A stretch of 46,525 nt of DNA, taken from a virus. Taxonomy: Duplodnaviria > Caudoviricetes. The notes beneath the pieces were generated by a model that was given only the letters and a program-made list of their open reading frames with translations, was not told the origin of the DNA and searched no databases. The stretch spans positions 1-46,525 of IMG/VR virus record IMGVR_UViG_3300043443_000500. One strand, given 5' to 3'. Positions 7,587 to 14,754 of the stretch are shown here, piece after piece (position 1 is the first letter of the stretch; every line of letters starts with the position of its first letter). A program made the translations under genes and the position numbers.

Positions 7587-8184
7587 CGACTCCTTTCACT
7601 TTTAATGCGTCCGCAATCTCGGCCAGTTTTGAATTCCTTTTCCCTATTGCCCTCAAGGATGGATACATGGACATCAGGCAGGCGAATCTGTCATTAAGCT
7701 TTTTAGTCCATTGCCAGCCATGTTTTTCCACATTGTCACAGGTGGCACATATTCCATCATATAGACCCTGCAATGCGTTTTTTGAAGACATAAGACCTGG
7801 AAACAAGTCTTCAAGCTGCTTGCCAATGAAGTCCATGCTGGCAGCAATGGCATCGGAATTAAGCTTGTAAGGAACATCTTTTTCCTTTTTTACCGCCATG
7901 CACCATTCCATAACGGCCATGCAGGCAGCATAGTTCACCACGGAATCCGGCTTGTTTTTCACGATGGTAAAATTTTCCCATGCGTGTTTGAGGACACCAA
8001 GGGTGTCAACGCATCCAGACCCCATCTCCTCCGGCATAACCTCGATACCTGTAAACTCTCTGGCTATAAGACAGGCTCTGCGAATACAGGTCTGGATAGC
8101 AGTCTGGGTGCTGATGTTACGCATGGTGTCATCCATTGACAAATTGAACTTCTTCCAGGTTTTCATTTTAAGCATTTCCCCCAT
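7576..8184 (-). CDS. Hypothetical protein
   Basis: 202-aa ORF overlapping neighbours in the operon. Confidence 0.7.
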   Translation of the reverse strand: MGEMLKMKTWKKFNLSMDDTMRNISTQTAIQTCIRRACLIAREFTGIEVMPEEMGSGCVDTLGVLKHAWENFTIVKNKPDSVVNYAACMAVMEWCMAVKKEKDVPYKLNSDAIAASMDFIGKQLEDLFPGLMSSKNALQGLYDGICATCDNVEKHGWQWTKKLNDRFACLMSMYPSLRAIGKRNSKLAEIADALKVKGVDDV

Positions 8185-8512
8185 TCATTTCGACCACAGT
8201 TTCCTTTTGTTTTCTTTTCGCCTCTCGTCTGGAAATCTTTTCTGATCTTTTTTGATATTTTTCAACGACACTATCCGCTGGTATCAGATAGGATTTTCTC
8301 TCTCTGTTAAAGAAAGCAGCAACCTTGTCATGATCGATAACTATTCCAGATTCATTTACCATGGATTGGAAATGATCCTTTTCATTGAGATATATGATTC
8401 CGGAGAACTCACCACGATAGATATAGTGGGCCATCAAACTAGGTTTGATCCCCAAAAGGAAAGTTGCCTCTGGCACTGTCAGGTAAATTTTCCCATCAAT
8501 TTTAACGCTCAT
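8168..8512 (-). CDS. Excisionase/MerR-like HTH DNA-binding protein
   Basis: YLTVPEATFLLGIKPSLMAHYIYRG...YLIP. Confidence 0.6.
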   Translation of the reverse strand: MSVKIDGKIYLTVPEATFLLGIKPSLMAHYIYRGEFSGIIYLNEKDHFQSMVNESGIVIDHDKVAAFFNRERKSYLIPADSVVEKYQKRSEKISRREAKRKQKETVVEMNGGNA

Positions 8513-8900
8513 CTTCGTCAATCCTTTCTGCATCAATTTCTACATAAGAATCCATCCCATCTCCAGCATCGTCACCGAGACGAATAGAGATACCTTTTAC
8601 ATAATCAGTATTGTCATCAGACAAATATCCGCAATGTTGCATCTGATCCAGAATAGGTTTAATCCTGTTATCCAGATCACATTTCCTCCATCCCTTTCCT
8701 GGTCTTACTGTTATCACAATAAATACAGGGAATGGGAATGGCTCAATATCATCCCCATGGTTTCCCTTATGGATATTGTTTTTCCTCCACTCCCTGTATT
8801 TTGATGACAGTATGGTTCGACCATTGAACTGCCTCCAGCAAGCATTTGCCGATGGTGGCATGGTGAATATGATCGAACCTTTCGGTCTAATATAAGACAT
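8502..8900 (-). CDS. rusA: RusA-family Holliday junction resolvase
   Basis: PPSAN..WR, DLDNRIK.ILD, DD acidic motifs. Confidence 0.85.
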   Translation of the reverse strand: MSYIRPKGSIIFTMPPSANACWRQFNGRTILSSKYREWRKNNIHKGNHGDDIEPFPFPVFIVITVRPGKGWRKCDLDNRIKPILDQMQHCGYLSDDNTDYVKGISIRLGDDAGDGMDSYVEIDAERIDEDER

Positions 8901-8901
8901 C

Positions 8902-9696
8902 TTAAACCCTCCATGACCATGCTGGAGCAACCAGTTTAGGAACTATGCCATAATAGTGCGGAAGGAACTGATTCGTCTCATGCGATTCAACCATCTTCCT
9001 AATGGTTGTAATCACTTGATTCTCAGCCTTATCGATATCGGATGAATCGAATTCAACGACCATGCAAGTAGGGAATTCGCCCTTATCCACAACGATGTGT
9101 ACGCATGATGTGATCGGCACTTGGTTGTATCTGAGCAGAAATCGATAGAGTGCCAACTGTCGAAGGTATCCAGAGAATACACATTCCTTGGCCCAATCAA
9201 GAGGATCGTAACTGGACACAGTTTTTACATCCACCACGAATCCACGCTCAGGATCATAAACATCGCATATGAATTTAAAGCCGATATCCATCCCATCGAC
9301 CTTGGAAGTAATGTTTATTTCCTGCTCCTTGACGGCGGTTGGAGAATCTAGGAAATAACTGCTGGCAGTATTTTCCCTGATGGCATCGAGCATCCTAGTT
9401 GACTGAGACACATCATCGTGAGTGATTATAGTAACTTCGGATGAAAGACTTTCTTGGAATTTCTCGAATGCCTCCTTCCCAGCCTTGGTTCGCTTGTCAA
9501 CCATAGGAGCAACGGCAAACTTGTCATCAAAGGTTTCCGGTTCCAACAGTCTGGCATGAAGCAAAGAACCCAACGCCATTGCTGGAGTCGCTTCCCTCTG
9601 TACCTGTTTATCGATGTAAGTCTTCTTGTATAAAACAGGATTCTTCCTATACATCTCAATCCTGCTGTGTGATAGATACTCAATCGGTATTCCCAT
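8902..9696 (-). CDS. PD-(D/E)XK exonuclease (RecE/ExoVIII, DUF3799-like)
   Basis: LSHS, TPAMALGSLLH..LLEP, DKRTKAGK, D...VDVKT, Y.RQLA.Y. Confidence 0.85.
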   Translation of the reverse strand: MGIPIEYLSHSRIEMYRKNPVLYKKTYIDKQVQREATPAMALGSLLHARLLEPETFDDKFAVAPMVDKRTKAGKEAFEKFQESLSSEVTIITHDDVSQSTRMLDAIRENTASSYFLDSPTAVKEQEINITSKVDGMDIGFKFICDVYDPERGFVVDVKTVSSYDPLDWAKECVFSGYLRQLALYRFLLRYNQVPITSCVHIVVDKGEFPTCMVVEFDSSDIDKAENQVITTIRKMVESHETNQFLPHYYGIVPKLVAPAWSWRV

Positions 9697-9866
9697 TACT
9701 GATTCCTTTCTTTGAAAAAGTTTTCTAAAATCTCAAGAACCTGTCCATTCATCGTGCGGTTTTGGGCCATTGCCAGGTGATGAAGCTTCTGCTTCAAATC
9801 ACTTTTTGGCCGAAAAACAATCGTGAGTTTTTCACGATCTTTCGTACTACCGTGCCTTTTTGGCAT
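9696..9866 (-). CDS. Arc/Mnt-like ribbon-helix-helix regulator, 56 aa (not in the ORF track)
   Basis: MPKRHGSTKDREKLTIVFRPKSDLKQKLHHLAMAQNRTMNGQVLEILENFFKERNQ; AAAGGAG RBS; TAATG coupling to the exonuclease. Confidence 0.75.
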   Translation of the reverse strand: MPKRHGSTKDREKLTIVFRPKSDLKQKLHHLAMAQNRTMNGQVLEILENFFKERNQ

Positions 9867-9901
9867 TTTTTCTCCTTTCGTAAGTGATTGCCAATGTTAG
9901 A

Positions 9902-9929
9902 ATTATATCATGTAAAAATCATTTGACCA
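9902..9929 (-). promoter_or_regulatory. Leftward promoter with extended -10
   Basis: Minus strand TGGTCA-16 bp-TATAAT, with TGn immediately before the -10. Confidence 0.6.
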
Positions 9930-9958
9930 TATTTTTTCGGATTTTTTCTGAATTAGTC

Positions 9959-9987
9959 TGGACATTAGGAAAATGCCAGCGTATATT
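9959..9987 (+). promoter_or_regulatory. Rightward promoter for the replication cluster
   Basis: TGGACA-17 bp-TATATT, then AAGGAG RBS. Confidence 0.6.
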
Positions 9988-10003
9988 TTCAAAGGAGTGA
10001 AGG

Positions 10004-10276
10004 ATGGGATCGGATAAGAAACGAAAGGAAAAAACACTTCCGGTTAGCATGGTCATTCAACCATGTCAGCACCTCGCCGGTACAGAAGAGAAGATACTCT
10101 GGATGCAATCCAGATTAAAGTATAATCTTCCTTTGCACATCCCTGGCGACTGCAAGCTGCCAATCCATCCACACGACAAAAACAGAAACATTCGAGACAG
10201 GGTAAATAATAGGGAAATAATTCCTGACCCTGACGAAGATGATGATGACGAGGAAGACGATCTGGATGACATTTAG
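10004..10276 (+). CDS. Hypothetical protein with acidic tail (planctomycete-type motif)
   Basis: HLAGTEEKILWMQSRLKYNLPLHIPGD; C-terminal D/E run. Confidence 0.65.
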   Translation: MGSDKKRKEKTLPVSMVIQPCQHLAGTEEKILWMQSRLKYNLPLHIPGDCKLPIHPHDKNRNIRDRVNNREIIPDPDEDDDDEEDDLDDI

Positions 10277-10281
10277 GAAGC

Positions 10282-10358
10282 AGCATGAGGGTGCATCCAG
10301 TGGCTCGTTGCCACAGCAGCATAATTAGCAGAGTGGGAATTGCTGCCACCCTCATGTT
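10282..10358 (+). ncRNA. Candidate structured RNA element (three-way junction)
   Basis: P1 10282-10293/10347-10358 (12 bp), P2 GTGGC/GCCAC, P3 GCAGCA/TGCTGC, followed by a U-rich stretch and the RBS. Confidence 0.4.
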
Positions 10359-10383
10359 TATTTTCAAGGAAGGATAAGGAAGG

Positions 10384-10827
10384 ATGTTCAATTTTCCAAC
10401 AGAAAGGATGGCTCCAATGAGTCAGGAAGTGATAGAGAATTCAGAGGATGTTTTGGGCTTGGGTTTTATTAAATCCAACGAGCTATTTAAAGCCAACCTA
10501 GAAATCCCCAAATGCATCGTGCATCGTGCCGTATGCGATGGGATGGGGTGGTCTCTTGGCTCTTACCCTAAGCGTGTGATTGAAATCAACGGGCCATATG
10601 ATGATATGTTCCGAGTTAAGGTTCAGTCCGAGTTTGACTCATTAGAGTTGAAGTCAATTCTCGTTGAGACTGTTCATGATATGCCTAAAGAACTGTTTCA
10701 TAGCATCATTAAATACGGTCTCAAGACCATTATGGGAAATGTAAATGATGTGAATGTCCACAGGGTATGGACACATTCTCAGTCGGTGGAAGCAACGATT
10801 ACATTTGAAGCAAAGGAGCAGGAGTAA
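10384..10827 (+). CDS. Hypothetical protein
   Basis: AAGGAAGG RBS; TAATG coupling to the ATPase. Confidence 0.7.
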   Translation: MFNFPTERMAPMSQEVIENSEDVLGLGFIKSNELFKANLEIPKCIVHRAVCDGMGWSLGSYPKRVIEINGPYDDMFRVKVQSEFDSLELKSILVETVHDMPKELFHSIIKYGLKTIMGNVNDVNVHRVWTHSQSVEATITFEAKEQE

Positions 10828-11576
10828 TGAAGATTGAAAAGAGTTTGAACTTCGGTGCAACCTATCGACCTAAAGGAGTAATCTTTGGGTCAGAGGGTTC
10901 TGGCAAATCAACCATCGGCAGTAAGCTTTCCAAGGTTCTTTTTTTGGATGTGGAATCTGGTATTGCCGGACTGGATGTGGATAGTGTAAAGATTGGCTCC
11001 TGGAATGATTTCGTAAACACCATTAAGGAGATCGTTAAAGAAGTAGCACTTCCATACGATCATATCGTTGTGGACAGTCTTACAGCGTTGGAAAGGCTTT
11101 TGCATCAACATATATGCAACGAGAGCGGTTCATCCAGTATCGTTCTAGCCTGTGGTGGATACGGAAAAGGTCTGGTCGAAGCGGTGACCAAACTATCGTT
11201 GCTGATGAATCAGATGGCAAACCGCCGTGATCTGGGTTTCTGGTTCCTGTGTCATTCTCAGGTTAAATCCGTGAATGATCCAACCAGGGGAGAGTATGCA
11301 AGCTTTCAAGTGAGAGCCGATAAAGCTCTTGCAGAGTGGGTCACATCCTGGGCAGACCTCGTTGGTTTTGTCGAGATTGATCTGATGGTTTCCGATGATG
11401 GCAAGCCAGTTATTAAGAAGGAGGGTAGCGAAGTTCGGAGGACGATTACTGTTACTCCGAGAAGTGGCCTCGTGGCCAAGTCACGAATTCCGGCTTTAAG
11501 TGGGATTCTATCTGTGGATTCTTTCGTAACTAAAGTAAATGAAATTTTTTCAAACACCAAGAAAGAAGGTAAGTAA
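10827..11576 (+). CDS. AAA_24 / Sak4-like phage ATPase
   Basis: Walker A GSEGSGKST, FLDVE.G, IVVDSLT.LE, GGYGKG, WADLVGF, AKSR. Confidence 0.85.
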   Translation: MKIEKSLNFGATYRPKGVIFGSEGSGKSTIGSKLSKVLFLDVESGIAGLDVDSVKIGSWNDFVNTIKEIVKEVALPYDHIVVDSLTALERLLHQHICNESGSSSIVLACGGYGKGLVEAVTKLSLLMNQMANRRDLGFWFLCHSQVKSVNDPTRGEYASFQVRADKALAEWVTSWADLVGFVEIDLMVSDDGKPVIKKEGSEVRRTITVTPRSGLVAKSRIPALSGILSVDSFVTKVNEIFSNTKKEGK

Positions 11577-11579
11577 CAC

Positions 11580-11972
11580 ATGAGCGAAGCATTTTTCACA
11601 CAAGAAGATTCTAAACTTGTCCAACAGGATTCCTTATTTCCAAAAGGCGTATGGCCAGTAACTATTACTGGAGCAAAGATGGAAAGAAAGGATGACAAAA
11701 AGTATGTCCAACTGGAAATGACTGTTGTCGATGGAGAGATGACAGGTCGAAAAAAGTGGGCAAAATTTTATGTCCGTGGAGGACATCCTTCTGAAAAGCT
11801 TGTCAAATTTCATGCAAGCATTTTGAAGTCTTTGGATACTGCACTCGGACTTGGGGCTGATCTGACCGCAGAGTCTGTAATAGGCCAAAGTTGTCAGATG
11901 GAAGTTTCCCATTCCGAAAGCAAAAACAATGGGCAGACATACGATAATGTCGTCAGGTTCCTTCCAGCCTAA
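11580..11972 (+). CDS. DUF669-like ssDNA-binding protein (copy 1)
   Basis: P.G.W.V.I..A.......YV.LE..V.DGE..GRK.W...N.V..F; position after the Sak4-like ATPase. Confidence 0.7.
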   Translation: MSEAFFTQEDSKLVQQDSLFPKGVWPVTITGAKMERKDDKKYVQLEMTVVDGEMTGRKKWAKFYVRGGHPSEKLVKFHASILKSLDTALGLGADLTAESVIGQSCQMEVSHSESKNNGQTYDNVVRFLPA

Positions 11973-11987
11973 AGTTCATCACCAAGA

Positions 11988-12653
11988 ATGTCGATAGATA
12001 TTCTGGAGGTGACCTATGCGATGGATTGTGTTAAACCTTGTCTTCGCTTGTGGCTTGATCGGATGTCAGGCCACAAGAAATTCTCTCGAAACTGGAGCAT
12101 CAACAACAGCGATTGCTGGTTCTCCTGTTATCGAAAAAGTAAACCTGGACATCAAATACCGAATGGAGTGGTAACGATGGATAAGATCATGGATGTATCT
12201 GAATTCCGCAAGGCAGTAAAAGATGTTTTCTCATACTATGACGAAGTGCAAACCAATAAATATTACAGGACAAAATTCATATCGGTAATCGATACAGAAT
12301 GGACAACAGAAGGTGATGAATTAATCGCCTGGCATTACGGTGTTGATCCAGAACCAGTAAAAGAAGTGTTTCACTTTCCACCATCATGGAGCAATATGGA
12401 ATCATGGAGAAACACATTTAATAGCGATTACCCAGACTGTGCAGCAGATGCTCTTGATGTTGCATTGTGGACGGCAAGAACGCCTACTGCGATCATTATC
12501 GAGCAGGAGAATGGGATCAGAGTGGTAAAGGCATCTGATACAGACCCAGTAAATCGTGTGGAAGAGCGGAAAATAAAGCCAGCCACACCTCCAATCAAAA
12601 GAAGGAAGGCAATAAAAACACAACCCTCTATGTTTGGAGAATCCAATGTCTGA
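11988..12653 (+). CDS. Hypothetical protein
   Basis: 221-aa ORF within the replication operon. Confidence 0.7.
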   Translation: MSIDILEVTYAMDCVKPCLRLWLDRMSGHKKFSRNWSINNSDCWFSCYRKSKPGHQIPNGVVTMDKIMDVSEFRKAVKDVFSYYDEVQTNKYYRTKFISVIDTEWTTEGDELIAWHYGVDPEPVKEVFHFPPSWSNMESWRNTFNSDYPDCAADALDVALWTARTPTAIIIEQENGIRVVKASDTDPVNRVEERKIKPATPPIKRRKAIKTQPSMFGESNV

Positions 12654-13038
12654 GATAATATTCGACCCTAAAGACCTAGAACCTATCCCTGCTGGAGAAT
12701 ATGCAGCAATTGTCCAAAAGGCCGAATTTCTTGTCAGCAAGGCAGGAAATAAATACCTCTGTGTTGATTTTGTGATCATCCAAGGTAGCCAGCAGGGAAA
12801 GTGTATTTCAAAGAACTTTCATGTTTCTGCCGTGGATACACGGTACAGACAGGATTCCAGAAGGCAATTAGCAAGGCTGATAAAGTCCTGCGGAATTGAA
12901 GGTGCTTTGGTGGAAAAGGATTTGCCAACTATTTACGAAAAGCCATTACTTGTCCAGATCATCGAGACTACGGACAGTTATGGCGAGACGAATGCTGTAG
13001 TTGGATTTTCAAAACTAAGAGGAAGCTATGGAGCTTAG
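12646..13038 (+). CDS. DUF669-like ssDNA-binding protein (copy 2)
   Basis: EPIPAGEY.A.V..AE...SKAGN.YL...F.II.G...GK.I...N.V.GF. Confidence 0.75.
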   Translation: MSEIIFDPKDLEPIPAGEYAAIVQKAEFLVSKAGNKYLCVDFVIIQGSQQGKCISKNFHVSAVDTRYRQDSRRQLARLIKSCGIEGALVEKDLPTIYEKPLLVQIIETTDSYGETNAVVGFSKLRGSYGA

Positions 13039-14668
13039 AAAGTATCAGAATGATGCCGTGCAGGCTTTCTTCTTGCACCATCATGAAAATCCTGGTCAGC
13101 CCACCATCATTAGTGTCCCTACTGGTGGTGGCAAGACCGTGATCATGGCACAAATCATCAAGACCATTCTGAGCAACAATTCAGAATCCAGAGGGATACT
13201 GATCAGCCATGTAAAGGAACTGGTTGAGCAGTCTTACAGAACTTGCATGAGGGTGGCTATTAATGAGAATCTTTCTGCGGATCAAATTGGCATATATGCT
13301 GCCAAGATGAATCGCCGAGAGATAAGAAAACTTACGGTTGCAAGCATCCAGTCCATATACAAAAAGGCGAATGATTTTGACCGATTAGATTACATCATCA
13401 TTGATGAGGCACACATGGTTTCTCCAAATGAAGAGACCATGTACAGAAAATTTATTTCGGCAGTTAAGGTTCGCAATTCCCATGTATACATCCTTGGACT
13501 TACTGCAACGCCATTTAGGACTGTATCTGGAATGATCTATGGTGGTGCTGACAAGTTCTTCTCCAGCTGCTGCTATCACATTAATGTGAATGAACTGATT
13601 GAAGAAAAATACCTTTGTCCCTTGGTTACTAGAGGCATCGGAACTCTGGAAGATTTGAAGAAAATCAAAATAAGGAATGGGGATTACAACCAGAGTGAAC
13701 TGAATACCAAGATGGAGAATCAGGTTGTTGTTACAGAATCGGTCAATGAGGCGATTGTAAAAGCCACGGGAAGAAAGCATATCCTGGTATTCTGCACATC
13801 CATTCTACATGGAGAAATGACATTGCAGAAATTAAAAGACCTTGGGGAAAAGTCTTCTTCCTTGATCACCGGCAAAGATAATACCATGCTGAGGAACTAT
13901 AAAATCAGTAGTTTCAAGAATGGAAACTTGCGATGGCTCATAAACATTGGGGTTCTTACCACCGGATTTGACGCTCCACATATTGATTGTGTTGTTCTGT
14001 TTCGGCCTACTGCCAGTAAGGGTCTATTCTATCAAATGGTGGGTCGTGGACTGCGAACACATGAATCGAAGCAAGACTGCCTCATTCTAGACTTTGGGAA
14101 CAATGCCGTCCGTCTTGGGCCTATCGATGAATATGAATGCGATAAATTCGGCAATGAACTTCCAACCCCAAAGACCAAGGAATGCAAGGAATGCAAATTT
14201 GTTCATTCCATTGGGTTGAAGGTATGTCCAAGCTGCGGATATAAAGAACCAGAGGATGAGGAAATTAAGAAAATAAATGTAAGCATGAAGGTAACACCTG
14301 GAGACATATTAAGTGGTAAAAGACCAAAGAAAAGAAAGTATCAAATCATCAATAGCATTTATGAGGTGTACAGAAAAGACTCTTCCAAGCCACCGTGCGT
14401 GAGAGAAATCCACGATACCATTCTTGGAGAAACGATAATATCCTATCATAGTCTCATGCAGAACATGGAAATGCCATTAATAGAATGGTTAAAAAAAATA
14501 AGAATGTACAGATATTTTAAAGAAAACGGATTTAAAAAAAGCTATTTAATGGAAATGGAAACATTGATCAAATTCCCAACTCCAAAATATGTAATAGCTC
14601 ATAAAAACATGAAGGGATTTTGGGTCATCGATGAATATGAATTTGCGGAGGGTGCAGAGAAAGGATAA
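13028..14668 (+). CDS. SF2 DEAH helicase (RadD/YejH-like) with Zn finger
   Basis: PTGGGKT, DEAH, LTATP, LTTGFD.P, QMVGRGLR, CKEC...CPSC. Confidence 0.92.
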   Translation: MELRKYQNDAVQAFFLHHHENPGQPTIISVPTGGGKTVIMAQIIKTILSNNSESRGILISHVKELVEQSYRTCMRVAINENLSADQIGIYAAKMNRREIRKLTVASIQSIYKKANDFDRLDYIIIDEAHMVSPNEETMYRKFISAVKVRNSHVYILGLTATPFRTVSGMIYGGADKFFSSCCYHINVNELIEEKYLCPLVTRGIGTLEDLKKIKIRNGDYNQSELNTKMENQVVVTESVNEAIVKATGRKHILVFCTSILHGEMTLQKLKDLGEKSSSLITGKDNTMLRNYKISSFKNGNLRWLINIGVLTTGFDAPHIDCVVLFRPTASKGLFYQMVGRGLRTHESKQDCLILDFGNNAVRLGPIDEYECDKFGNELPTPKTKECKECKFVHSIGLKVCPSCGYKEPEDEEIKKINVSMKVTPGDILSGKRPKKRKYQIINSIYEVYRKDSSKPPCVREIHDTILGETIISYHSLMQNMEMPLIEWLKKIRMYRYFKENGFKKSYLMEMETLIKFPTPKYVIAHKNMKGFWVIDEYEFAEGAEKG

Positions 14669-14754
14669 GCTGCACCCCCCTTCGCCAGGGAGGAAGGCAA
14701 ACCTGGCTCAATCATTCTAATCTTTTTTTGTCTGCATATCGAGGGGGAAGTTTC

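Noticed and set aside
8168-8512. Excisionase implying lysogeny
   Set aside because: The HTH is generic and no tyrosine or serine integrase was recognised.
10282-10358. tRNA or SAM riboswitch
   Set aside because: No T-loop or D-loop consensus and no anticodon arm; SAM-I core motifs are absent. Kept only as an unnamed structure.
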